Source: Candidatus Bathyarchaeota archaeon
GTDB lineage: Archaea; Thermoproteota; Bathyarchaeia; Bathyarchaeales; Bathycorpusculaceae
Length of the DNA: 64,000 nucleotides
Direction of reading: 5' to 3'
Assembly (NCBI GenBank): GCA_963707955.1
Contig: OY970176.1
Coordinates: 1,664,001-1,728,000 of the forward strand
Positions 10,496 to 20,159 of this stretch are shown piece by piece (the stretch's first letter is position 1; each line of letters opens with the position of its first letter). The notes below the pieces were generated by a model. That model did not search any database. It was not told the DNA's origin and was given only the letters and a program-made list of their open reading frames with translations. The position numbers and the translations under genes were made by a program.

Positions 10496-10777
10496 GTGAT
10501 AAAGGTGATTAGTCAAAGTGCACGCTCGCGTAAACGGGTTCTTGTGACCTTCGATGAAGACCAAGTGAAGATTATCCAGTCGTTGAAAGGCTTTGGAACA
10601 AAAGACGCAGAAATAGTCAGATCAATCGTGATGGCCTACCTGAGCGAACACAACTATATCAAGCAAGCGTCGATCGATCGCGATCGAGCGATCGAGGAGT
10701 CAGATAGAAAGATCAAGCAAGCGTCAGATGAGTCAGATAGAGAATACAAACTCGCTCTCGCTCGCGGCAACTACTGA
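10496..10777 (+). CDS. CopG/ribbon-helix-helix protein with repetitive C-terminal tail
   Basis: KRVLVTFDEDQVKIIQSLKGFGTKDAEIVRSIVMAYLSE. Confidence 0.7.
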   Translation: MIKVISQSARSRKRVLVTFDEDQVKIIQSLKGFGTKDAEIVRSIVMAYLSEHNYIKQASIDRDRAIEESDRKIKQASDESDREYKLALARGNY

Positions 10778-10866
10778 AAAACTAGATCTACGTGGTGGAT
10801 TGAAACTTGTCATTCTTAGGTTAGCGCGCGCCGTAGCAGATGATAGAGTTTGAAGGAGGTGAAACG

Positions 10867-11004
10867 GTGGAAAAAAGGAAGTTGGAACTTGCATTCATCG
10901 ATAAGAATGGGAAAATCTATCCAATAGACGAGGTTACCCGTGCAGAATTAGCTGAGGGTCTTGAAAGCTCTCTAAAGAGATCGCGAAGAGACTGTTGTTG
11001 GTAA
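10867..11004 (+). CDS. small hypothetical protein (45 aa), not in ORF track
   Basis: GGAGGTGA SD then GTG; MEKRKLELAFIDKNGKIYPIDEVTRAELAEGLESSLKRSRRDCCW*. Confidence 0.55.
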   Translation: MEKRKLELAFIDKNGKIYPIDEVTRAELAEGLESSLKRSRRDCCW

Positions 11005-11110
11005 AAGAACAAAGATAGAATCCAGTCTCTTTCCTTTAGTGTGCGTCTAGATTTCGGATTCATAAAGTGTTTATCATTTTGCGATTACCTAGTCAGAAGG
11101 GAGTCTATGG

Positions 11111-11743
11111 ATGGTAAAGCTTAAGCCGGAAACCGTTGCAGACTTTCTGCGCTGCGCTAGCATTTTGGTAGAAAGAGCATATTTACTCTACAAGAGTCTC
11201 GCCGACAAAGTGAATCTCCCGTTAATCAATTCTTTGCTGCTTCACATAGCATTCGATAGTCGGAAACATTCCGTGATCCTCAAAGGATTAAGCGAAAGCA
11301 TGGTTAAGCAAAAAAAGCAACCCAGAGGTTGCGAAAAGAAACTCTTTTTTGGCGGAACCTGGACGGCAATTGAGCGTCTTGCAGAAGAGATCGCCAGAAA
11401 GGAGAGAATACCTAGAGAGCACATGTCATCGTTGGTTGAAAAGCTGATGCTCCTAGAGAGCACTGTTGGCGAAGAGTATTATATTCTGGTTCAGCTGAAG
11501 ACCCTTCAATACATGACAAGAGAAATCCGCGAGACCTACAATGTGGACTTAGAAGACCTAAAGGACATTCTCGAAACCATCATCAGAGATGAGGAGACTC
11601 ACAGAGAACTCTTGTCAAAAATGAAAAAAATCCTTGTCGGAGAAGAAAAGCAGACAGAAGATATGGCGCCAGCAGTCAAGTACAAAAATCCGAACGTATG
11701 GTCAAGGTCAATGCCTGATTCATTCTGCGAAAAGGCTCGCTAG
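11111..11743 (+). CDS. ferritin/rubrerythrin-like four-helix-bundle protein
   Basis: E..AY..Y, DSRKH, LE..EEYY, DEETHRE diiron-type pattern. Confidence 0.7.
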   Translation: MVKLKPETVADFLRCASILVERAYLLYKSLADKVNLPLINSLLLHIAFDSRKHSVILKGLSESMVKQKKQPRGCEKKLFFGGTWTAIERLAEEIARKERIPREHMSSLVEKLMLLESTVGEEYYILVQLKTLQYMTREIRETYNVDLEDLKDILETIIRDEETHRELLSKMKKILVGEEKQTEDMAPAVKYKNPNVWSRSMPDSFCEKAR

Positions 11744-11842
11744 CTTGAAGCGCGTGCTTAATTTCAGGCACGTTTCGGGCAAAAAGTACGCCTGAAGCTT
11801 AAATATGGCTTAAATGATAAAGGGTTATGGTGAAAGAGTAAG

Positions 11843-12133
11843 ATGGTTGGGCCTCTGGTATCTTTGCCTGCAAAGTGGGAACAGTTTCTGAAGAATTTGG
11901 CCGACGATCATGACATCGATCTCAACGCCGTCATCAGTCAACTGTGTGAGTGGGCCTTTTCCGATCCTGAGGGCAAAGAACAGTTCAAGATTTGGTTAGA
12001 TGAGGCTTATCCTGCAGAAGGAGAAGCTGAAGAAGCTGAAGAAGAAGAAGAAGCTGTAGGAGAAGAAGCTTCCGCCGAAGAAGAAGAGAATGAAGAAGAA
12101 TCTGAAGAGGAATCCCACGAACACAGAGATTAA
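11843..12133 (+). CDS. hypothetical protein with Glu-rich tail
   Basis: Clean ORF, TATA-like element upstream, acidic C-terminus. Confidence 0.7.
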   Translation: MVGPLVSLPAKWEQFLKNLADDHDIDLNAVISQLCEWAFSDPEGKEQFKIWLDEAYPAEGEAEEAEEEEEAVGEEASAEEEENEEESEEESHEHRD

Positions 12134-12193
12134 CTACGAGCGTACGCTGGCTGAATGACCGGTGCAAAATCAGAGAAAAAAGAAGTTGTGATT

Positions 12194-12511
12194 TCATTTG
12201 ACTTGTTTCAATAATTTCAGGCTTTCTTCGAGACTCATTGCTAGTTTGATTTCGCTGGTGTTCCAAGCCATCCATTTTACCATTTCTGGTTCCATTGAGA
12301 ATTTTTGCAGAGCGTCTGAGCTTGGAGCTTCATAGACCCAAATCAACAGATGTTCCGGAACTACAGTCCATGCTCCAATCCTCTTCACTCCATGTTTCTT
12401 CTCCAGTCCGCCCAATTTGGCAGGCAATTCTAGCGTCATTTTCTTCATTTTCTCATTGTTCAGCGGACAGTTCTCTGCGGAATGCCTGGAAACTATCAAA
12501 AATATTGGCAT
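12194..12511 (-). CDS. GYD/DUF3303-like dimeric alpha-beta barrel protein
   Basis: FLIVSRHSAENCP..HGVK..GAW..EH..VYEAPS. Confidence 0.7.
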   Translation of the reverse strand: MPIFLIVSRHSAENCPLNNEKMKKMTLELPAKLGGLEKKHGVKRIGAWTVVPEHLLIWVYEAPSSDALQKFSMEPEMVKWMAWNTSEIKLAMSLEESLKLLKQVK

Positions 12512-12996
12512 AATTACACTCTCGGAGGAAAGAGTCTAGGAAAGTCGGATATAAATCATTTGCATGTGCAAACTCTGGCGTGAGTCTTTATGGCATAGCC
12601 TAGAACCCATGTAAACTCTTTATGTGCGAAAACGAGCGCTGAAAAGAAGACAATCGCTGGGTGAGAAACAGACTCACGCCACGCGCGTGCTGTGCGAAAA
12701 GTTTCTCTTGCTTGCGCTCTAAACGAGCCTATCTCGACTGTTGTCTTTCGAGTCGGGCAAGTTTTTTCTTCTTCCGCTTCTCTTCTCTTTCTTTCTTTTT
12801 CTGAGGCTTAGGTTTTTGCAGATCTTCTTCTCTTGTTTTTCCTCTTGTGTAACCCATGTAACTGCCTTCTTCTCACTTGAGAACAAAGACGCTTATCTTC
12901 TTTTATCGTGGGTGCTTAAACTATTAATGCCTGTTGATACAATCAATGAACTGAGGCAACCCAAATAACAAACAAAAACAGATGAGAAAGGTGTGA

Positions 12997-13224
12997 ATGA
13001 TGGAACAAACCAAAAAGGAATCTTTGCTGGAGCGTTATTGGAGACTTAGAGGAGAGGCGGACGAACTTTATCAGAGACGAATAAAAGAGATCCATCAAAG
13101 AATTAACGAAGAAATGAGAAAGTCTGTGCAAAGAGAACTTGATGCTTTGGAAAATGCTATAGAACAAGCAGACCTTGCCGAGGTCTTGCGTCACAAATTG
13201 ATATTGGAAGTCCTGCTCGGATAA
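12997..13224 (+). CDS. small helical hypothetical protein
   Basis: SD AGGTGTGA upstream, coherent coiled-coil-like ORF. Confidence 0.55.
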   Translation: MMEQTKKESLLERYWRLRGEADELYQRRIKEIHQRINEEMRKSVQRELDALENAIEQADLAEVLRHKLILEVLLG

Positions 13225-13497
13225 TGCGCTTCAATATCTGCCCGCTACTCATATCGGTACAAGTAGAGGAGTTGACTTGCATCTTTCCTTCTCTGCTCTA
13301 TGGATATATCCTCTAATGACCTGAACTTCTTCACTGCTTTGTTCGAGCATTCCTCTGTGATTCCCAATGCGTTCGAGGTGAACGCCCAATTATTGATTTT
13401 CTCTTCACTCTCTTCATTCTAAATTCCTCGGCCAACTGTAAGAAGCGCTTGCAGAACGACGCCTAAAAATAGGCAGTTGCCCTTCTTTAAGCGCGCC

Positions 13498-13674
13498 TTA
13501 AAGCATGCTTGTGGGCTTCTTCTTCAGAGTCCTTTTCCATTCTTCGAACAGATTCCAGTATATGCTGTCGATACTCTCGTCTTGTGAGTTCCCCTCGGCA
13601 ATGTACTTCTCGATAAAGTCGTTTAGCTCCAAAGAGTTCCTGCACTTCCCTACATCCTTAATATTCAGCAACAA
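13498..13674 (-). CDS. small hypothetical protein (about 58 aa), not in ORF track
   Basis: GAGGGTGA SD-like then TTG; ..NIKDVGKCRNSLELNDFIEKYIAEGNSQDESIDSIYWNLFEEWKRTLKKKPTSML*. Confidence 0.5.
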   Translation of the reverse strand: MLLNIKDVGKCRNSLELNDFIEKYIAEGNSQDESIDSIYWNLFEEWKRTLKKKPTSML

Positions 13675-13709
13675 ACATCACCTCTCCTTGATTCTTTCCT
13701 CCGTCTTGG

Positions 13710-14036
13710 CTAAACTACAAAGGGCGAAGAAATGCCAGTATCAAGTAGCAGAGCCATCTTCTTGTACAATTCTAAAAACTCCAGGCCAGCTTCTGTTCTC
13801 TGATACGTCACTTTTCCTGCATCAGCACCCATCCGAACGAGATTACTTGACTTCATAAGATTCAAGTATTGCCCTGACTGTGCGGTGCTCATGTTGCAAT
13901 GGGACATGATGTTCGCCTTTCCCACCGGTATTCGCAGCTGCCTCAGAATCTCCGCTATTATCTGTAATCTGCTGCGGTTTCCATCAGATACCTTCCCCAC
14001 ATTTAGCATGTTGTAATACCCTTCAGAAAAAAGCAA
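13710..14036 (-). CDS. winged-HTH transcription regulator (ArnR1-like/HTH_45 type)
   Basis: NRSRLQIIAEIL..KANIMSHCNMS..YLNLM..Y.RTEAGLEFLELY. Confidence 0.85.
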   Translation of the reverse strand: MLFSEGYYNMLNVGKVSDGNRSRLQIIAEILRQLRIPVGKANIMSHCNMSTAQSGQYLNLMKSSNLVRMGADAGKVTYQRTEAGLEFLELYKKMALLLDTGISSPFVV

Positions 14037-14181
14037 GCTACTCCTAAAGCAAATGACGTTGCGATAAGTTGGTTAGCACGCCTTTCTTGCAATATGCATT
14101 CTCAGCCCAGCTTATAAGGATGAGAGGCTAAAAGTCGCTTTTTTGCATTCTCTTCAGTTTCTTCGCGCTTCTTCCGCGCGC

Positions 14182-14371
14182 TAGCGCGTTCCTAAATTCT
14201 TTTGGGAAGCAGCTTGTGCTGCTCATTTTGCTCATCAACCCTATTTGGGTCATATAGCATACCCGGGGGGGAGGGTGTGAGCACGCAAACACCCACTCGA
14301 ACCGCGATAGTAACCATCCCCCATCGGGAAACGCCATGCCTGCCTCTTCAACGGAATTTAGGAACAAGCAT
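14182..14371 (+). mobile_element. MITE copy 1 (190 bp), flanked by GCGC
   Basis: TIRs TAGCGCGTTCCTAAATTC / GAATTTAGGAACAAGCAT; collinear diverged copy inverted at 35351-35548. Confidence 0.8.
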
Positions 14372-14997
14372 GCGCGCCATTTAATTACTGGGTCAACCTC
14401 ACAGAAGGAAGAGCGCAATGACGATGTCCACCCAATATTAGGAAGGCTGGGAAAGCAATAGCTACGATGCCTTGTTCTGCGGAGATAGACCTTAGAAGTA
14501 TCGCGAAAACGCTGGACTGGGCGTTCAGACTATGTCATGATTCCTTTGTCCAAGCGGAGAGAAACGGACTAGTAGAGAATAAACATGTTTCGTAAGCTGC
14601 GGACACCTTCACCTATGGAGACGCATTGGCTAGACGAGCCCGCGCTTCTTCTAGTCTCCTTACTTTTTCAATGTTACTCTTTCCATGTTTCCATTTTCCT
14701 CGGCTTTTCATTCTTTTCAAAAATCGTTCTCTTTTCGCCTGCTTTTTCCTCGGTCGTTTCAAACAAATCTTCCTTCCCAGAATCAAATAGTAACAACAAA
14801 CAAGAACTATAACCTTCACCTGAGTGCGAAGTGAATGCTGTGGAGCGTGCATGTGGTATAAAAAAGAGGGATTGGCGAGAGATATTGCCACCATGTGTCA
14901 GTTCAGACTAAATGGTGCTGGGAAAGGGCCCGTAGTCTAGTCTAAGAAACGTACTTTACGTTCAAACGGAAACAAGCGAGTTTAATGCAAGGCGCGC

Positions 14998-15267
14998 CTA
15001 GTCAAGTATTTCGACTCTTGCCCCTAAGGCTTGTCCAGGTATGCCTTTCCGGAATTTAGCTGTGACAACGCCTTTCTTGCCGTGCAATCCTATGATTCTG
15101 CCGATGAAGCTGTTCTTTCCATACTTCAGAATCGCTTTTCGTCCAATGAGCTGGCCTGCCTTAGAGACGGTATCTTCGCCTATGATCTGGATGAGGCACC
15201 ATTTTGGCATCTGTGTTCTGATGCCTATTCGATAGTTCACTATTGTTCCATAAACAGGTTGAGACAT
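14998..15267 (-). CDS. rpl35ae: 50S ribosomal protein L35Ae
   Basis: GTIVNYRIG..Q..CLIQI..A.QLIGRK..GRIIGLHGKKGVV.AKFRKGIPGQALG. Confidence 0.92.
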   Translation of the reverse strand: MSQPVYGTIVNYRIGIRTQMPKWCLIQIIGEDTVSKAGQLIGRKAILKYGKNSFIGRIIGLHGKKGVVTAKFRKGIPGQALGARVEILD

Positions 15268-15428
15268 AAGCATACACCATTGCGATACCCTTCTAACGCA
15301 TGTCTGGCTCTTAAACATGTATAACTCTCGATTTGAGGGTGCTCTGTTTATAAGCCCCGACGCGAATCTTGGTACAGCGTGTAAGAAGCGATTTTTGCAC
15401 AGCAGCATATCAGGAGTTGAAATAGTAT

Positions 15429-15569
15429 ATGGCAGAGAAAGAAATGCATAAGGCAGTCTGTGCTGATTGTGGAAAAGACTGTGAAGTTCCGTTCAAGCCT
15501 GACCCAAGCAGACCTGTTTACTGTCGAGATTGCTATTCGAAACGAGGACCACCAAGAAGAAGATTCTAA
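15429..15569 (+). CDS. CxxC-x17-CxxC small Zn-binding protein, not in ORF track
   Basis: MAEKEMHKAVCADCGKDCEVPFKPDPSRPVYCRDCYSKRGPPRRRF*. Confidence 0.9.
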   Translation: MAEKEMHKAVCADCGKDCEVPFKPDPSRPVYCRDCYSKRGPPRRRF

Positions 15570-15670
15570 GCTAAATCAACAATTCTAGCTTGGCATCGTT
15601 TTTTTCTATTTTTCGCATTTTTCAATTGCGCTCAACACCAATAGAGTTGATTTACACGTTCCAAAAAAGA

Positions 15671-15898
15671 ATGTTCGAAGTCATATGTACGGACTGTGGC
15701 AGCGCAACCACTTTACCTTTCGAGCCTACGGTAGGCAAACCAGTTTACTGTAGAACTTGCTTCTCGAAACACATGCTCAACCGATCAGAAAATGAGGGTA
15801 TGAGCTTCAATTTTGATCCGAAACAGGCATGGGCACGACGAGGAGAAGACTGGAAAGGAAGAAAGGAGCCAGAGCCCACTAATGTCTTCTGCCGGTAA
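15671..15898 (+). CDS. second CxxC-x17-CxxC protein
   Basis: MFEVICTDCGSATTLPFEPTVGKPVYCRTCF; start uncertain (ORF opens at 15590). Confidence 0.8.
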   Translation: MFEVICTDCGSATTLPFEPTVGKPVYCRTCFSKHMLNRSENEGMSFNFDPKQAWARRGEDWKGRKEPEPTNVFCR

Positions 15899-16168
15899 TA
15901 TGATACTCCCCAGCGAGAAACGAGTCTGAGCGTGCCAAGACCAAAGGCCAAATGCCTCGGGAAACTCGCTGATCTGAGCGTCATGTGTGTGTCAGATGAC
16001 ACTTTCGCAAATCTGCCTGCATAGACCTATATACTTGGCGACGCATCCTTTAGCAGTAGTTGGGATTCTCTAGAGGAAGAGTCTGATCGCAAAGTGCGCT
16101 TTTTCTCTGATCGTTCTGACTAGTCTAGCTATTATGGGGCAATGTCTCACGGTTTGGAGGTGGGAAGA

Positions 16169-16474
16169 TTGGGTAAAAGAAAAGTCATTAATGAAGAAAA
16201 CTTGGAAAACATGTTGTTCCCAAGCAAGAATGACGTGTTAGGCGTGGCAGTCAAAATGCTTGGTTTTGACCGAATCATGGTCAAGTGTCAAGATGGCAAG
16301 GAACGATTGTGCAGAGTCCGAGGCAAACTGAAAAGACGAGTGTGGATCCGAGACGGAGACATCGTGTTAGTCTCTCCTTGGGACTTCCAGTCAGACACTC
16401 GAGGCGACATATTCTGGCGGTATAGAAAGAATCAGACTGAGCAATTGAGGCTCAAAGGCTACCTCACCATGTAG
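16169..16474 (+). CDS. eif1a: translation initiation factor aIF-1A
   Basis: KMLGFDRIMVKCQDGKERLCRVRGKLKRRVWIRDGDIVLVSPWDFQ; SD GGAGGTG before TTG. Confidence 0.95.
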   Translation: MGKRKVINEENLENMLFPSKNDVLGVAVKMLGFDRIMVKCQDGKERLCRVRGKLKRRVWIRDGDIVLVSPWDFQSDTRGDIFWRYRKNQTEQLRLKGYLTM

Positions 16475-16546
16475 TTGCTGTGAGAGCTTTCTAAATTAAC
16501 CAACATTTCCGAAACAAGTGAAATATGAAAAAGGAGTGAGAGGTCT

Positions 16547-17191
16547 TTGAGAAAGAAAACTTCATCAACCAGTGAGTATCTCGCGTTTCTTTCAGCAAAA
16601 TACGAGGTTGACCCCGACAGGCTCTTTTACGCGTTGATTCTGGCAGAAGAAGGCAAAAAGTCCGTGTGCGGAGACCTTTCAATCGAGCGGCGGGGCGAAA
16701 CACGGGACAAGGTCATGTTTCTAATTCTGACGAGTTCCAAGGTTGTTGCGCAGCTTTCAGTATTCAAGGAATTCCTCTTGGAGAAAGGCCACCCCATTAG
16801 AGACTTCATGGAGACTGACAAGATACGCAGATTCCTGGCCAAGAAGGCTAGGCATTCATCGGTTTTTGCAATCAGAGATCTGCGGAGCGGCATGACGCAG
16901 GTTTGTCTGAAGGCTAGGGTTTTGGAGATTCCGAAGCCGAACCTGGTCTACACTCGTTATGGTAACTATGCGAGCGTGGCAAATGCCCTGATAGCAGATG
17001 AAACCGGAACGATCAGACTGTGTCTCTGGAACGAGCAGATACGGCGCATTTCTGCTGGAGACACCATTCAGATCGAGAATGCAAGGGCTTCTACGTTCAA
17101 AGGCCAAAGGCAATTGAACATTGGAAAAAAGGGCTTGCTCACCAGCGTTGACGAGTCAAACTGCCAGGTTAAAGCCGTGATCAGCTCTTAG
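16547..17191 (+). CDS. OB-fold ssDNA/RNA-binding protein (SSB/RPA-like) with N-terminal extension
   Basis: IRDLRSGM..V.LKARVLEI..VANALIADETGTIRLCLWNEQ..GDTIQIENA..FKGQRQLNIG. Confidence 0.88.
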   Translation: MRKKTSSTSEYLAFLSAKYEVDPDRLFYALILAEEGKKSVCGDLSIERRGETRDKVMFLILTSSKVVAQLSVFKEFLLEKGHPIRDFMETDKIRRFLAKKARHSSVFAIRDLRSGMTQVCLKARVLEIPKPNLVYTRYGNYASVANALIADETGTIRLCLWNEQIRRISAGDTIQIENARASTFKGQRQLNIGKKGLLTSVDESNCQVKAVISS

Positions 17192-17229
17192 GGCCTGCTT
17201 GCCAAAGAAGAGCAACTGAGGAATAGTCA

Positions 17230-17511
17230 TTGAAAATAGTAGAAGGCTGGAGAAAAATTGACCGACAGCGAGGATTCGTGAATGAGACCACAGGACAGAA
17301 TCTGGTCGTCACAAAAAAAGAGTTTGGAGGGGATTACGTGGTGCTGCTTTTTCCCAGAATAAGAGTTGATGATAAAGGAGAGACTATATCACCAGCGTAC
17401 GCGACTGCATCGAAAGCAGAAGCCTATGCGCTGAATTGGATGGAGAAGCATCCGAGAGGAACGGAATCAGCTCTCGAGCACACTTCAGGTGGAGGTGACG
17501 AAAATGAGTAA
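17230..17511 (+). CDS. hypothetical protein
   Basis: Coherent ORF following the SSB gene. Confidence 0.6.
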   Translation: MKIVEGWRKIDRQRGFVNETTGQNLVVTKKEFGGDYVVLLFPRIRVDDKGETISPAYATASKAEAYALNWMEKHPRGTESALEHTSGGGDENE

Positions 17512-17993
17512 GAGAAGTAAACCTATGGGAAAAGCAATCGATAGACAGAAGGGGCATCAGGCGAGAAGAGCTCGCGGCGGAAAGAAACAGAAGAGAAGAT
17601 AGGAAGTTAACTCTCATATCACTGAGATCAAAGCAACTATCCATTGCCTCGCACGGCCCACCCAACACTATTGTTGCAGTTGTTTTGCATTTAGTTTGCG
17701 CGCGCTTCTTGTTTCTGCTTTCAGGATTTCTTGAATATGGTTTTCTGAGCGACTTGCCTATAAATGAATAGATACGCAGAGATTAGGTTCGTCGTTATAT
17801 ATGCAATCACCGATGCTAATCCCAAATAGACAAACCGCGCGCGCAACACAGTAACAGGCCTTGGGTTTGGGTTTTGGGTTTTGGGATAAAACTTTACCGC
17901 TCCCCTAGCTTTTCCAGCGGTTTTTGGGGAAGGGTTCCTCGTGGCCGTGTTTGCGGGAAAAATGAAATAAGGAGGGATGCTGCTGGGGAGGTT

Positions 17994-18872
17994 ATGTCTG
18001 TGTTGATTCGGAGATTGGTTGAGTCTGATCGGGATGATGTTTTGGAGATTTCTAGGTATACTTGGGATGGGCATGATTATTTGGGAACGGTTTTTGATGA
18101 GTGGGTGAATGATCCGAAATGTGATTTTGTCGGTGTGGAGGTAGAGGGCCGGGTTGTGGCTGTGGGTAATTTACGGTTGATTGAGGGTGGATGGACTGGC
18201 TGGTTGGAAGGCTTGAGGGTGCATCCGGATTTTAGGCACAGAGGATATGCGAATGAAATCACTGCTTATTTGGTTGCAGAGGGTGAGCGGTTGGGTGTTG
18301 GGCGGTTTCGTTATACGACTAGTGATCGGAATGCTGAGTCATTGAAGATTGCTGCGAAAGCTGGGTTTTCAAGGATTCTTGAGTTGGCTGTGTTCTGGGC
18401 TACTGGGGTGAAAATGTTGCCTCCGATGCGAGTTCATTATGCTTTAGAAGAGGCGGGGCCTAGCGCGCTTTATGATTTGCTGAGAAACAATGTCGACATG
18501 GTTCCTAGTGGGGTCTTGGTTTATGATTGGAAGGCTTTGGAGTTCAGTCTGGAGAGTCTTGAAGAGATCGGGAAGGATCATCGTTTCTACGTTGGATTGA
18601 AGAATGGGAAGGTCGATTCGTTGTCTTTTTGTCATCTGAGACCCGACAGGAAGGATCAGCCGTGGTGGAGTTTCACAGTTTATGCCCATGATTCGGAGGG
18701 TGTTATGGGGCAGGTTTCGCATAGTTTGAGGATTGCTTTGGAGGGTGGTTTGAACACGGCTATGGTGACGCTTGAGAAGCGTTTCGAAGAAGTTGTGGGC
18801 GAGTTAGAGTTTGGGGCTGATGAGCAGGATACTTCTCATCTGGTTATGCTGGAGAAGAAGATTAAAACATAA
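17994..18872 (+). CDS. GNAT family N-acetyltransferase
   Basis: WLEGLRVHPDFRHRGYA (motif A), N..S.KIA.KAGF; SD GGAGGT before ATG at 17994. Confidence 0.9.
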   Translation: MSVLIRRLVESDRDDVLEISRYTWDGHDYLGTVFDEWVNDPKCDFVGVEVEGRVVAVGNLRLIEGGWTGWLEGLRVHPDFRHRGYANEITAYLVAEGERLGVGRFRYTTSDRNAESLKIAAKAGFSRILELAVFWATGVKMLPPMRVHYALEEAGPSALYDLLRNNVDMVPSGVLVYDWKALEFSLESLEEIGKDHRFYVGLKNGKVDSLSFCHLRPDRKDQPWWSFTVYAHDSEGVMGQVSHSLRIALEGGLNTAMVTLEKRFEEVVGELEFGADEQDTSHLVMLEKKIKT

Positions 18873-19378
18873 AGTTGACGAACGCTAGTCAAACCTTGGC
18901 AAACAATGTGTTCGCGTCTTATCCGTGATCTTGGCGGGCGTTTGTTAGCGCGCGCGCCAACCACCACCACTTTGCTTTGTGGCTACTCAAGGCTCCTACC
19001 TAAGGGACGGTAGACACTAAGGAGCGTGGAGTGGCTGGATAAAACTTCACTCTAACTAAACTTCTGAACTGATATTATTTGGGTTCATGAAGGTGCTTCT
19101 TTTCGTGCGGGCTATTCCCCTCATGAACTTTGAAACCTGTGGAACAATGTGCTGATTGACTTGGTGAACGGCCAATTCGTTCTCGACAATATACCAATGA
19201 TAGGGTTTCGGCAGTGTAATCACATAGGCGTTGAGGATAGAGCGCGCGCTTCATTTCTCTCACCAATTACTCCAAAGCCAGACAAATCCACTGATTATTT
19301 CTGACGCACTTTCGAAAACGAATATCTTTAACTGAGCAGAAAATCGGAGCGACTCTCCCAATTATATGGAATCGATAA

Positions 19379-19951
19379 TCAGGTGGAATTCGGCTTGGCA
19401 ATTATCTCTCTAATTGCGACGTCAAAAAGATTGTGTGAGGGAGCTGATTTGATTACGACGGCGGTATCGGCGCCCTTTCCCGAGCCCGCTATGGCTATAA
19501 CGTCTTTGCCCGTTGGGATTGCCCCCGCATCTGCAGCCATTGCGGTGATTTCGACGACCACCTTCATGCCTTGACCAAAAAGTCTCAGGGTCTGGGCAAC
19601 TATCCCTGCTGGGTACACGGTGTTAAATTTCGCTTGGATTGCCCTGTTTACGCCCGAAAAGGTGTGAGCAGCTGTTACTATTTTTCCTCCCTGTGCCTTG
19701 ATCTTCTCAGCAAGCACATCATCCAGTTCGTTGGTGCCAGGTTCCTTCATGGCTGCGACGTGAGACACGACCACAACGTTATAACCCCTAAACATATTGA
19801 TTGCCATCAGACCGGTCGTTCCCCGCGTACTGGCGACAACGATATCTCTTATGTTAAGTTCATCAGCCCTTTCCTTAGCGGCTCTAAGTGTCTCAGCCGA
19901 GTTAACCTCGCCGGGATCGTTGAAGTACAGAACAATTTTTTTAGTCGACAT
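19379..19951 (-). CDS. pyruvate kinase C-terminal (alpha/beta) domain protein
   Basis: YF..PGEVN..TL, IVVASTRGTTG, TLRLFGQGMKVVVEITAMAADAG, GADTA. Confidence 0.88.
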   Translation of the reverse strand: MSTKKIVLYFNDPGEVNSAETLRAAKERADELNIRDIVVASTRGTTGLMAINMFRGYNVVVVSHVAAMKEPGTNELDDVLAEKIKAQGGKIVTAAHTFSGVNRAIQAKFNTVYPAGIVAQTLRLFGQGMKVVVEITAMAADAGAIPTGKDVIAIAGSGKGADTAVVIKSAPSHNLFDVAIREIIAKPNST

Positions 19952-20159
19952 TGAAATACCCTCGGCGCGCGCTAAATTACTGCGCTGATTCCCAGATAAG
20001 TTTTCTCTCGCATTCTTCGTCCACGACTAAGATTCGCAGTTTGTTAAGCTTGCCTAGCTATGAAGCGATTTATTCTCGTAACGACTCCTCCTATTCCCAT
20101 GTTTAATGTGTCGTAAGCGCGCGTTAGAGACCCCTGATGGCCCGTAGTGAATTCTGGCG

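Noticed and set aside
12020-12110. GAA-rich repeats
   Set aside because: Simply encode the Glu-rich tail of the 11843-12133 protein.
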